A stretch of 63,043 bases of DNA, counting the filler, from Hyphochytrium catenoides (lineage: Eukaryota; Protista; Hyphochytriomycota), in assembly GCA_900088475.1 (NCBI GenBank). It is 17 parts of 17 records of this genome, joined end to end, with 100 filler letters (N's around TTAATTAATTAA, not from the genome) between each part and the next. Parts side by side here need not be neighbours in the genome. Positions count along the whole stretch, not along the records: positions 1 to 2,386 come from FLMG01004679.1; positions 2,487 to 9,734 come from FLMG01003063.1; positions 9,835 to 17,999 come from FLMG01003267.1; 14 more parts are not named here. One strand, given 5' to 3'. This document shows, in pieces, positions 1 through 11,501 of the stretch. Numbering within the stretch: position 1 is the stretch's first letter; every line of letters begins with the position of its first letter. The notes under the pieces were generated by a model. That model was given only the letters and a program-made list of their open reading frames with translations. It did not search any database and was not told the DNA's origin. A program made the position numbers and the translations under genes.

Positions 1-1244
1 TGCAGTGAGAAGAGTGGCTTACGTTTGCGGCCTATTCACTGCCATCATCGGTATCCGCGTATTGACGACCAGTGATGAGCCGGTTAGACCTGACTGCGTT
101 ACCGAAAAGGGTTCAGAGGTAGAACCTCTGCTTCCTAATGGTCACAGTCACGGCGACGCGATGTTGGTTTAATGGCTTTTACATCCTTTGTACTAGTAAC
201 ACCTCTTCTTTCTCTTTCATTTACCTCTCTCTTCGTCCTTACGGCTCTGTATAGTATGTATGGACCGCCTGTGTATCCTAAGAGGTATGTCATAGTAGGG
301 CATACTGAGTACCAGTGTAAATTCTAAGCTTCACTAGGCATAAAGAGTTTGCAGCACTACCAGTCTCTCCCTCAGATCCCAGCATTCCTCTATAAACTCT
401 CCTCTTCACCAAGCTCCTGCTGCGAAATCCTTCCGTCTGTCCTGTTGCCTGCCCAGTACCTCACTTTGGCGACACTGTGGCACTATCTGGGAAGCCTGTT
501 AACAATCTCATCAGAGATCATGTTCCCAAAATAGTCGTACTTTGGGTGCAGCCTTGTTTCAGTGCCTTTCTTCAGGTTTTCCTTAGAGTTATCAGAGAAG
601 TCATGCGCACGCCTCCTTTTGCATTCTAAGTTATGTCCAACTGGACTGGATGTCGCCTTCTCCTGCTCAAACGGAAGATTATTGTGATTGTCATTGTTGA
701 AGAAGGAGAGGAAGAAGAATGCGTCTCCTTTCCCGATATGCTCTGCCTGATGCCGTCAAGCCATAAGAGATGACGTTACATTATAACGTGAACTGCTACT
801 GACACGAATGATAAAGACGGGCAAGTAGATAGGTCTAGGCTCTCCATGAAGGGTCATAAGAGTCCACCAAGGTAAGTTTATTTGGGAATATTAAGGCAAA
901 GAATCTTTTAGTTAGTCCTCCATGATCCTGGCTGATGTTTGCTCTAAGATGTGTAATTGACAACCAGCGTCTAAAGAAAGGGCATCGGCAGTCCCGATGG
1001 CAGAGGCATCGCTGAACAAAGTACAACAGCGTCACAACCACGGGTCTCAAATCAAACTAGATCACAAGCGAGAGATGGCACCTCACAAAGTGGTACGAGA
1101 CAGCGAGCTGCAGATATGGGAGGATCGGAGCGGACGAGCCATAACACCATCACCATCTCTTCACAAAAGAATCTTCTCCAAGTGCTAAGAGCAGACAGCG
1201 GGCACTCAGTTGCTGTAGGGAAGATGAGAGGAGGCGGGCAAGAG

Positions 1245-1460
1245 TTAAACGAAGAGAAGTAGACTTCGCATGCCAGGAGCCTGCTGCAAAGATTTAGTAT
1301 TCCGTCCTTTGGCACCAATGATTCTGCAAACCGACTCCACCGGGACATACAGAGTGCGACGGGAATGCACAGCAGCCTTCTTCTTTCCTTCTTCTTTCTT
1401 CATCACTCGTGTTGTGCTCTTCTCAGCCAGGTTGACCCTTCTTCTGTCCAAGTGTTGCAT
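1245..1460 (-). pseudogene. KH-domain fragment in a degenerate reading frame
   Basis: RRTLYVPVESVCRIIGAKGRNTKSLQQAPG matches the type I KH pattern with GxxG loop; surrounding frames contain many stops. Confidence 0.45.
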
Positions 1461-2325
1461 CCTTGTCCTTCATTTGCACGCCTTTACTCACAGAGTCCCC
1501 TTCAACACTATCATCAAAGGACGCTGAAAATCCGAAAAAGAAGTTACAATGCTGCTGCTGCTGCCGACGAAGATCATCAACAGCGCTGTGGCCACCACTC
1601 ATTATTGAGAAGAATAACCTCCACCCGTGCACGGTACGCAGATACAATTTAACGTTGCTACCGTAGAAAAATCGGCAGCTTTTGTATAATGACAGCCCAA
1701 CCTTCTAGTCCGGAGTACTAGTAGTAAGTAGCGGTCAAGCCATCGCCTGTCCGTTTGTTGTTGCTCCGTCGCGCTTTTTGTTTTAGCGATTATTAGAAGC
1801 AATGTTTGTCCCAGAATTGAGTTGTTCTTTCTCTTCCTTCTGCTGGTGGTGATGCTCTCGTTGATTGTTATGTTGCACGCTCTACTACCATCATCATCAG
1901 GGGCCATCATAATAGCAAGAAGAGGGTAGTGCCACTACTACTTCTTTTCTGATGGCGGTCTCTTTGCTTATTCTTCTTCATTCTCATCAGCAGAAACAGC
2001 ACAAGAAACGAAGGCTGAGACACGGCGGGGGAGGGACGGTGAGGTGGGACCGGAGGGGCAGCAAGAGAACGGGGTTGTTACCACCATAGGCACAACACCC
2101 ATTGCGGCGTTCCTTCTTCTTCCAACTGACCAGGTTCTTTTTTGGTGCCATTGCTGCTCGATCTCGTAGTAGTAGACGCCGCAGCAGCACGATGATGTTA
2201 TCATCAGAAGAAGCAGCAGGAGGAGAACAACAACAACCTACCACCGCAGAGCTTACTAGGCTATAATAATAAGAGGGGCTCATGCTGTCTGACGATGGCC
2301 TGATGATGGCGATGATCAATGGGCC

Positions 2326-2386
2326 CAGTGGCGGCTTAACCCTCCAACGCCTGAAAGTTGTAGCCCCTTTGGGCCCAATTTCGATG
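2326..2386 (+). mobile_element. Possible hAT-type transposon terminus, truncated by contig end
   Basis: CAGTGGCGG start typical of hAT TIRs followed by GCCCC/GGGCCC subterminal motifs; partner end not visible. Confidence 0.25.
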
Positions 2387-2486
2387 NNNNNNNNNNNNNN
2401 NNNNNNNNNNNNNNNNNNNNNNNNNNNNNNTTAATTAATTAANNNNNNNNNNNNNNNNNNNNNNNNNNNNNNNNNNNNNNNNNNNN
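2387..2486. other. Artificial contig linker N44-TTAATTAATTAA-N44 (repeated at ~9735, 18000, 19263, 24374, 28041, 29257, 32960, 35643, 37728, 39476, 47554, 50655, 53031, 54560, 59073)
   Basis: Identical 100-nt N/stop cassette recurs 16 times; genes are truncated at these points. Confidence 0.97.
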
Positions 2487-3058
2487 ACCGCCAGAATAGA
2501 AGCGTGAAGCTCCGTGAGATGTGCTAGTAGAGAGGTTTGAACTAGAATCGCATTGGCCACGAATAGAGTGAGAACAAGAGGACCGTTCAGCAGTATGTGC
2601 TTCCATTGCCTCAACCAGTCGTCGAAAGACTGCCCGAAGAGGGCTTCTAGGAGTGTCATATTACTCGCTATTGTAGTTAAGCCTTCGTATGGCCTTACCG
2701 CCGTCAGTATACGCCATTTTCGCCTGAGGATTGTGACAGGGGGTCTAACGGCGATCTTCGGTAGAGCCAGATCCGGGGGGTCACTGCGTAATCCATAGTC
2801 GATGCCCTGCTGCAGCTTACAGGTGAGACCAGCGCCAACGGTAGCGGTATAAGAGTAAGTTCGCGAACTGTCTTCGTTCTTCTGGTCACTGAGTGCCTTT
2901 TCGATCTCTCTTTGAAGCTGCGCCAAACTTCTCATGCCAGCTGTCGTGCTCGCCCTCAGAGCCTGGCATCTTTGCCCTTCTGCCAAGTGTTGAAGGAGGG
3001 CTTGAGAGAGAGTGTTGAGAATGTCGTCAAAGGAGGCTGCATCGTCAACAACTGACAT
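2487..3058 (-). CDS. Hypothetical protein, 5' part (coiled-coil N-terminus, hydrophobic segment before the contig end)
   Basis: ATG-initiated ~190-codon open frame running off the contig. Confidence 0.5.
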
Positions 3059-6000
3059 TCTTCTTCCTGCCCTTTCTCCTGCCGTCCTCCTTTTATCCGT
3101 TGGGCATTAACTTGCTAGCGCAAGATGGGCAGAAGAGTCATTCCGAAAGAAGAAGAGCGGCAATGGGAGAGGGCAACGATGGAGTGTAGGAAGTTCGAAA
3201 CCAAGGGGGAGCAAGTGAAACAGTAGCCCTCATATCTAGGTCGTCTTCTAGGACCATGCTCGTTGTGCCAGAAGCGCCCGTCGTAAGGAAGAGGTCAAAG
3301 GCTCCTTTGCTGGCCGATCGCAGTCCTTCCGCTCATCTTCTTACTCCGCAAACACAATTTGTCATACATCCTCCTCGTCGGCCATCGTAAGCTGCTGCAA
3401 GGGGATGGGAGCAGGAGAGGTAAAGAAGGGGCAGGGACGAGCTTTGATAATGGAAGAAAGTGATAGCCGAATGGATGAGGGAAGTAGGCCTCTCATATCA
3501 GCGGACCGCCCACTTTCTTTCCCAACTTCTTCTGCCCTTGCAGGGCACCTAGAGGAGAAGAAGAAGGGTAGCAGCAGGAGGACAAGAGAAGACCTGGTAG
3601 GATAATAAAGCCGATTGCCATCTTCAATGAGACGAGGTCGCACATCGTCTTGCATCCCCTGTAAAGGTCTCTACTCTCATTGGTGTTTCAAGACTGGAAG
3701 GCATGGACACAGGACCACTCTCAACAGATGTGTGTGGCCACCCCCAGCACCTGTAACGGCCGTCTGATTAGCAATATTCTGAATTTATTATGAGCCTAGC
3801 CCAAAGTCAACCCAGGTATTTGCAATATGTCTTGCTTGCACACTCCTCGCTCACTTCGTCACCTAGTATTGCACTATATCTCTGGGTTGTTGGTGAGAGG
3901 AGGAGGAGGGACAGTGAGAAGGAGGGAGGGAGGCTAAGGAGGGAGGAGAAACAGCTTCGTACCCGTCTTCTTTGGTTAGCTCCTAGCGCCGGCGGCGACG
4001 AGGAGCAGCAGAACACGAGCCACTCATGACTGGCACTGTCCTCCTCATCGTCACAGAAACAACACAGAAGAACACGTGAAGGCATGCATCATACCCAATA
4101 ATAAGCAAGAGTTAAAGTGGTCCATTTAAGAATGATAAGCCTCGAAGGGACCAGCTGACGCCACCACCACAGAGGCTGTGAAAGTAGTGCTCCTCATTCC
4201 ATTTTCAGGTCCATCGTCTGGTTCGTCCGAACCTCCTTCTTCACTTTGCCCTGACTCTGGTAGAGCACTAGGTAAAGGTGGTGACTGAGGCGGGTGTGCA
4301 TGCCCGTGCCTCTTCCTATTTATATCTCCGTCCTCCGCTTCCATCCAAGGAGACTGCTCCTTCGTTTTTGTTTAGTCTTGACTTTGGTAGAGCGCTAGGT
4401 GGAGGCAATAATTGCGGTGGTAAAAGTTAGTCGCCACCAGTGATAACTTTCGAGCGATGCGAGATCTACTAATCTCCTTATGAGTTGTTTGGGTGGCACA
4501 CTCATTCTTCTTCTTCTACTACTACGTACTTCTAATTTCACAGTCCTCTTATCTCCCGTTATTGGACGGGGTCATCGCTTGTCATGATGATGATGATGAT
4601 GGGCGACTTTTCGTGTTGATAATAGGTCCATCATGGTACTACTCGTCGTAGGATCAAAAGAAGTGGGTCGCCGCGATGCAAGGAAATAAAAGTTTGTCCC
4701 GCCCATTCTTTGCTTTTGTTGGTGATCTGCGGCTTGCTGTGTATCGGTGGGAACGCAGAAGGAAAAGAATGGCCCAGAAACCTCGGGAGTTATGCATGCT
4801 AAGATCGCAACAAAAGACAGACATCAGGCGGTGGTGGATTCTGTCTCCAGGCGTCGTTCAGTGGAGCATCAATAGTTCTACTCTGTGTCGTCGTAGTATC
4901 ATATACCCTCTGACCTATAGTACAAGCAGGAGGTGGATAGGAGAAGCCGCCGAGGATGAGGTCAGCCTTCGTCTGAGGTAGCTGGCCGGGATGCATAGGC
5001 CCGAGTGTCCTGGGCCAACAATTGGCTCCCAACCACAGGCAGCTCTTACGACTTGCACAGTACGGACTATAGAAGACAGAGGCTGCTCACCGCTCACTCT
5101 ACAGCTCCTTCTCAGTTCTTTCTTCCCCTCATCTCCTCTCCGCTCCCTCATCCATGATCAGTCAATAAAGTTCCGGACGTGAAAGACAAGACTAACCTTA
5201 ACCCTAACCCTTCCTCTTCTCACGCGTCTTCTTTTCTCTCTCTCAAGCCATGTCGCACTGCCTCATCCTCCGACTCTTTCGCTCATGTCTCCCCCGCTCT
5301 CTCACGGGCTCCTCGTCTTCCCCTTTCCCTTCTTTTTCTTTCCGTCACGTTTCTCGTCTTCTCATCTTGGCGTTCTTCCACCTGATGTTGTGGGGGATTT
5401 CTTCTTTCTTCTTTCCTGTTCCTTGTAAGGTCCTTCTTCTCTCCATCCCTACTATTATCTTACGTGTGTCGCAGTCTTATTTGAGGGCTTAAGCCTTATT
5501 CCCAGGGGCAGCTGATAGTTAGAAACTTCAACAGCTTAGCTAGAAGAACCGTACTCAAGGGCCTGATGAGCGTTTGGTCAATGCAATCAACTCAATTTAT
5601 TCTTCAATCTCCTACGAAGAGCACAAGCGCAACACTGCCTCTCAACGAGAACTTAGCTAAGCACAGAGCCTGAGGGTGATGGCCACCGTGAAGACAATGA
5701 CAAGGAGAAGCGAAGCATGACAATCAGTTCCGTTTGATATGATAGCAGCAGACGAAGACTCTCCGGATAGTTAGTCTCTAAACTACTTTGCGCCAGCAGC
5801 TAAAGAGGAGTCGCAGGCAATAGAGTAGTGTTGTCCTCTTCTGTCTGTCTCAGAGGAAACAGGTCGGCTAGCTCGACTGCTGTTATAGAGCACTTCAAGT
5901 CCGTTGATGAGCTATTCGCCATCTTCAAGCGGGCCAACTGCTCGTAAGAAGAAAATTATTGCGCTATCGTCATCAACATCTCGTTAATGTTATGCCCCAG

Positions 6001-6257
6001 ATATTCTAATCGATGAGAAACTTCTGACGGAGGGAAAGCTTCTTTTCTGCTTCCTCTCTCTTTCTTCTCATTTCTTTCTTTCTCTCGTGCCTCTCTCTGT
6101 CTCTCTGTCTCTCTCTCTTTTCTCTTCCTCTCTCTCTTCTTCTCTCCCTTTCTCTCTCCTCCTACTACTGACGCGGTCAACAATTCGATTTAGCAAATAG
6201 ATGCCCTATTCCGTCATCATAAAGCTACGAGGTGCTTCTTCGCGGATGAAGTTAGCA

Positions 6258-9200
6258 CTAGGGTACGTATTGCTCCTCTAGACAGTCATCTCGAAGGTGA
6301 AAGTACGTCCCGATTTTCAGGAACCTCTTGTCTTCAACCTCAAGTGACCCAGAGTCCTTGTTCAGCGTCTCTAAGACGATTTTGCCCTTACTGAAGCTAA
6401 GGATTTGTGAGCTGCGATTGACCGGCAGCATCGCGCTCCACACGGCGACACGGGCGATTAAGGCAGCGCAAACGCCGCCTTTGTCATCGCAAGCCCAGGC
6501 TGGAAATTCCTGCTGTGGGTCCGCAATAACAAGGCTTCGGACAGCTGAGGCGCAGCCGAGAGCACCGATGTAAGAGCTCTCCCTGAGAAGATCACTGAGC
6601 AAGGCTCGTGTCAGCATGATGCAAGCCCACATGTAGCTACAGAAGAGAACGGCGGGGTGAAGACCAAGGGAGGCACTGAAGGTCTTGCTGAGCACGCCGA
6701 CGGCGCTGCTGGTAAAGAGTAATGGAACCGAGAGGATCGATGCAAAGACAAATCGCTTTTCTCGGCTGAAGCCGGAGGGATTGAGGAAAGCTTTGCGAGG
6801 TAGCGCAGTGACGGCCAGGGAAAATAGTCCAACGCAAACTGCAGCAAGCTTCGTGCTTGGGATGCAGACCAGTCCGGTGTGAACCGCACAACCCGACGAG
6901 GAGGCGTCTTCTCCCTCGGCGGTGATATCCTGCCCACTCTGTATGCTCAGAACTTGCGATAGGTAGAGCAGACTGGGCAGAGACTGAAGAAAGTCGTAGG
7001 ACGCTGGAAGGTGCGCGTACATGTCATCGTAGGACTGCGCGACGGCTGTGACGCTTCTTTTGATGCGGCTGTGGCGCTGTAGGAGATAGTTTCCCTTCAC
7101 CCATGCCCATACCACTCTTGAGAAGAACCAGTTTGCTGCCAGGCTTCCAAGGATCGATATATAGGAGACACCCGCCGTCACAGGGTTCAAGAGACCGCGG
7201 ATGTCGGAGATGACGATGTCATGAACCGCTGCTGCCGATAACCCCGCGTACGCGTCATCAACGCTTCTCACGGGAACCGTGACGGAGGCATCCGTGATAT
7301 CGTTGAGAAGTTCCTTGAAGCAGGCAATTGGCGCTGAGTAGTAGTTGGTCCCGCTGAAGACCTTGGTTGTTGAGCCGTCAGGGTTCGGAGTATTGATCTC
7401 AAGTGACGCGATTAAACTGAGACGCTGGACGCGATAAGGCGATTGTTTTTCTAGTGCAGCAGCCTTGGCGCCGAGCGACGTCGCACAAGCGAAGAACCTT
7501 TTGTTCCGCGTGACATCTCCGCCTCCTCCGGGATCCTCCGAGCTGTGCCCGGTCCTGTCGGCGCTCGCTGGCGGCGGTAAGGGGATATCGAGCAGCACGC
7601 CCTTCGCCACCACAGCGCCATCCTTTACATTCCAGACTTCTGATGGCGCCTGGACAGCAGTGGACAGCCAGACTGATCGGTTCGTGAAAGGCCCGATGCC
7701 AGTGTATCCACGGGTCTCCACGGCCAGCTGGATGACGTTGATCACGCATGTAGCACTGGTGGTCAGATTGATGAGCCCATGGCAGAGTATGCCACCGATC
7801 TGATCGGTCAGCTCCGTCTTGATGGTGTTACCTGAGACTCGCGAGACAACCTGAAGCTCAGGATCGTTGGCAGCTGCAGCTCCGTCTGGAGTGCCCACAG
7901 CAGCGGTGGCGTTGTACGAGTAAGGCAGCGAGACAACGGGGAATGTCCCGATCGTGTCAGCCTGCCATCCAGCGCTCAAATAGCGCAGCATGGCAATCTC
8001 ATGCCAGGATGAGTAGCAATCAAAGACCAGGGCAAGATGTGACGCATTCATCGGCAGACCCACACCAGAGTTTAGGATCTGTCCGCTGGTCACCCAGCCC
8101 GCATTGCTTGCGACGTAGGTGTAGCAAATACGCCATCGGCCCGAGCGGACCATGAGTGGATTGATATAGTCCTCCTCGGCTGCCCACTCCGCTTGCTGGA
8201 GACGGATGTCACCGTCCTTGTTTGGGATCGTAATCTCTTCTTTATTGTCACTAAATCCGTAGAAGCTGTCGCCGTATTCTCCGGCAATGATGATGTCGCC
8301 TTTGATTAGACTCGTCTCTCCGCGCAGTGCTCTGGCCAATTCCACGGCCGTCAGCATCTGAAGATACCGCGCGTACGCAGCGCATTTACCGGTGAGACAA
8401 TGGTCAATCAGGAGCTGGAGTCTCTGGTGAAGGTCGCTGTAGAGATATTTTTTGCTAAGCGTCACGGCGTAGGACGCGTCGCAGTCATTTGGAGCAACCC
8501 CAGCCGCTGTGCAGCCGCTCATGTACCATCCCCAGCTCATGAGCTCGCTGACAGCATCCGCAGCGCCCACGTAGGTGTCGCACGGTTTCGTCAGGTGCTG
8601 AAGATTCTTGCAGGTCGTCTGGACCACGCCAAACCCTCTGTCAATCCTTAGGCGGACAGCTTCACTAACGATTTCTTCGTATGCCGTCGTGTTCAGCTTT
8701 GCCTTCGCTAGGGTGGGCGTTGCCCGCATCAAAGCCGTCATGTTTCTGATTTCTGGCACCAGAATGTACAGCGCGCCAGCCGAGTTAAGACTGCGTCCAT
8801 ACCCAGCGACAAGCCTCCTGATCGCGTCGTCATGCTGACCATTCTGGTTGCTGGCGACCAGCTGCGCCGCCTCGGCAAGCGATGTCGTCAGGGGAACATC
8901 CCAGACCATTCCTTCGGCGAAGAACATGAAACCAGCATCGTAGAGTCCGCCGTATCGCGAGCAGACCTCCAGCTTGGAGCAGTGGGGTTCCTCAAAGACC
9001 GTTAAGTCTCCCGATAGTCGCTTCAGCATGGACTTGCCGACCATGGAGACGAGGCCATCTGCACAGCTTGCATAGCCGTCCGGATCTTCGGTCGCGGCGG
9101 GGCAAAGACCAAGCGCAACGCTTTCGTTCACGCTGTTTGTCTCAATAATGCTCGCAAGGTTGGTCGAAAGCACCAGCAAACTATCCGCCTCATAGCCGCG

Positions 9201-9437
9201 GACCGTCAGCTTTACAGGCCTCTCCGTTGCCAGCATGTTTGAGTGGCCGACTACGTCACGCGCCGACTTCAGCTGGACATTGAGATAGTCCGTGGAGAGA
9301 TTGGGCACGAAGAGAAGATAATTCTTGACGGGCGCCAGGAAGCCGACCAAGAGCAGCACAGCCGTCAGCACGACATTCATACCCGTCCGAAGCACCGTCT
9401 CCGAGCGTGTTGACGAAGTATCCGCGATCTTTGCCAT
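6258..9437 (-). CDS. Intronless ~1059-aa membrane protein of unknown function (N-terminal TM, large Cys-containing middle domain, several C-terminal TM segments)
   Basis: 3.2-kb uninterrupted GC-rich ORF; first ATG at 9437 (MAKIADT); hydrophobic stretches VVLTAVLLLVGFL, ISILGSLAANWFF, LAAVCVGLFSLAV, FVFASILSVPLLF, VLFCSYMWACIML. Confidence 0.85.
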   Translation of the reverse strand: MAKIADTSSTRSETVLRTGMNVVLTAVLLLVGFLAPVKNYLLFVPNLSTDYLNVQLKSARDVVGHSNMLATERPVKLTVRGYEADSLLVLSTNLASIIETNSVNESVALGLCPAATEDPDGYASCADGLVSMVGKSMLKRLSGDLTVFEEPHCSKLEVCSRYGGLYDAGFMFFAEGMVWDVPLTTSLAEAAQLVASNQNGQHDDAIRRLVAGYGRSLNSAGALYILVPEIRNMTALMRATPTLAKAKLNTTAYEEIVSEAVRLRIDRGFGVVQTTCKNLQHLTKPCDTYVGAADAVSELMSWGWYMSGCTAAGVAPNDCDASYAVTLSKKYLYSDLHQRLQLLIDHCLTGKCAAYARYLQMLTAVELARALRGETSLIKGDIIIAGEYGDSFYGFSDNKEEITIPNKDGDIRLQQAEWAAEEDYINPLMVRSGRWRICYTYVASNAGWVTSGQILNSGVGLPMNASHLALVFDCYSSWHEIAMLRYLSAGWQADTIGTFPVVSLPYSYNATAAVGTPDGAAAANDPELQVVSRVSGNTIKTELTDQIGGILCHGLINLTTSATCVINVIQLAVETRGYTGIGPFTNRSVWLSTAVQAPSEVWNVKDGAVVAKGVLLDIPLPPPASADRTGHSSEDPGGGGDVTRNKRFFACATSLGAKAAALEKQSPYRVQRLSLIASLEINTPNPDGSTTKVFSGTNYYSAPIACFKELLNDITDASVTVPVRSVDDAYAGLSAAAVHDIVISDIRGLLNPVTAGVSYISILGSLAANWFFSRVVWAWVKGNYLLQRHSRIKRSVTAVAQSYDDMYAHLPASYDFLQSLPSLLYLSQVLSIQSGQDITAEGEDASSSGCAVHTGLVCIPSTKLAAVCVGLFSLAVTALPRKAFLNPSGFSREKRFVFASILSVPLLFTSSAVGVLSKTFSASLGLHPAVLFCSYMWACIMLTRALLSDLLRESSYIGALGCASAVRSLVIADPQQEFPAWACDDKGGVCAALIARVAVWSAMLPVNRSSQILSFSKGKIVLETLNKDSGSLEVEDKRFLKIGTYFHLRDDCLEEQYVP

Positions 9438-9477
9438 CGCTCTCACCGGAAAAGACGGAACAGGCAAATGCTTCTGC

Positions 9478-9493
9478 TTAGGGTTAGGGTTAG
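9478..9493 (+). repeat. Short interstitial (TTAGGG)n telomere-like motif ~40 nt upstream of the large ORF start
   Basis: TTAGGGTTAGGGTTAG; a related CTAACCTTAACCCTAACCC occurs at 5192-5210. Confidence 0.6.
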
Positions 9494-9834
9494 AGAGGAG
9501 AACGAATGCTAATCTTCCTTTAAAATATGCAAAGGAAGCAGCAGCTAGGTCAAGGACAAGGGTCAGAGAAGCGCAACAGCTCGTATGAGGCAGGGCGAGA
9601 TTCAGGTCGAAAGGAAGGGAAGAAGAGTTTCTCTTTCCTGATTGGCCTATAAAGATACTGTTGGATTGTTGTCAGACCAAAATAAGCCTTGTCAGCCGGC
9701 CAGTAGATGAAAGGAGAAGCGACGAGTCTGCCCGNNNNNNNNNNNNNNNNNNNNNNNNNNNNNNNNNNNNNNNNNNNNTTAATTAATTAANNNNNNNNNN
9801 NNNNNNNNNNNNNNNNNNNNNNNNNNNNNNNNNN

Positions 9835-10807
9835 AGGATTGGTCTTTCTGTGTCTTGGATTCATTGTCCGTTCACAGTCGGAGAAGCTGAAGCGGTTCCT
9901 TGAGTTAGGCCCTCTAAAGCAGGCGCTCTGGGTCAACACCGCGGTTTCATTTATCCATTCTACCTTTATCTCAGTCTCTCTACTTGTTCTCTTGGCGACT
10001 GCTCCGCAGCTCTTCGTGTCCAACTATATCTACGGGAACCATGTGGGCGCTCTGATAGTTCTAGCATCATCCACAGGTGAGAGCTGACGGACTACCCCTA
10101 TCCTCCCTTCTTGGTCTTGTTCTTCGGCCTGTACAGCAATTAGGGTTACTTTTTTATCTTCATTCAAGAATGTTAACTTTCTATCGCGGCTTGTGCGTGT
10201 TTCTGACTCTGGTGGTCCCAATGTCTCTTGGTACAGGGTACTTCGCATATGACCTCTATGACATGATCCAGTCAGGGGTGGCCAAGGGCTCGCCGATTCT
10301 GGTTCTCCATCACCTGGTCGTCATCGTCTGCTACAATCTGAGTCTATACTACACCATCGGCGTGCCCTACCTCATCCTGACTTTGCTATGCGAGTTCAAC
10401 TCCATATTCTTGCATGCAAGAAAGCTCCTCTCAATGTATGGCCTGAATTTGAATAGCCTAGTGTACCAGTGTGTGTGGGCCGCACAATGGATAACCTTTA
10501 TCAGCACCCGCTTGATTCCTCACGCTGTCATCACATACGTGGTCTTCAGTGAGCCACAGACTGCTTGGCCCCAAAAGGTGCGTTCTCAATGCAACCGACA
10601 ATACCTCAGCTCAACTATAACTGACGTGCATTTCCTCTTTCGCTCTTTTCTCCGCTGTTCTTCTTTCCATATCTCTCTATAATGGGGCAGTGGATGTGGT
10701 ATGTGGCCTTCTTTGGCATCCTGGTTTTCAACTTCCTCAACGTCGGGCTGATGCATCAACTCTGGGGAGTCTTCATGAAGGAGGTTCAGACTTTGAAAAA
10801 GGCCTAA
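9835..10807 (+). CDS. TLC (TRAM/LAG1/CLN8) domain membrane protein, 5'-truncated; introns 10077-10236 and 10578-10690
   Basis: Spliced motifs VSFIHS, STGYFAYDLYD, HHLVV, LLCEFNSIFLHAR, FISTRL; GT-AG introns restore frame; stop TAA at 10805-10807. Confidence 0.9.
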
Positions 10808-11501
10808 AACGCTCTGGCTGATGAGTTTGAAAGTCTCAGATTCTCATTTTGTGCTTCAATGGCGTCGACAGCAGATGTGCTTGTTGGGTTGGCATATCAC
10901 GGGCAGCTTTATCAGCTACAGCTGCCAAAAGTGCTATAGCTGATATAAGCGGGCTGTTGTCTCTCTAGTAGGGGTCTATCCGGCTGTCTCAGCTGGAGCC
11001 GAGATAAACAGACTAATTTTTAAAGGTTCATCTAGCCCCTACACTTCTACGAGCCTCTCAGAGGCTAAAAGAAGTCTTGTGAGATCCTGATGACAGATGT
11101 TCTAGAGCAAGGGGCCATCGGGAGCTAAATGATGACGGTGCACTGGAAGCTAGCTGTACCGTTTGCCAAGGCTCTTGAGCTTCTCTTTATCCCAAAACTG
11201 CCACGCGTGCTATTCAATAGCATGTCGATAATGCACTGGTTTTCATTCGTTTCGTTTAGTCTCCAGGTTGATACTGTCACGGCTGAAGGGCACTGTCAGA
11301 CAGTGCCTGGCTTAGCTCTAATTGCAGCTACACAGCCCGCCCAAGCGTGCTCTTACAAATAATTGGCCCTGACGGAAGTTAACTGTGGGGTTCCGCTCGT
11401 GGTCACCATGCAGTTATATGTCCAACAGGTATGCATGGCTCTGAGGGCGGGTTCATATTCCGCTCAACCAGATGCTTGTGGTTAGGCATTCTCCAGCCTT
11501 G

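Noticed and set aside
2431-2442. Recurring TTAATTAATTAA palindrome as a biological repeat or CRISPR-like element
   Set aside because: Always centred in 44+44 Ns; a synthetic six-frame-stop contig linker
5561-5595. Hammerhead ribozyme (CTGATGA followed by a GCGTT/AATGC stem)
   Set aside because: The required GAAA after stem II is absent and no stems I/III were found; other CTGATGA hits also fail
11126-11182. C/D snoRNA or SECIS (ATGATGA plus stem)
   Set aside because: No properly placed CTGA D box and no 3' GA for the SECIS quartet
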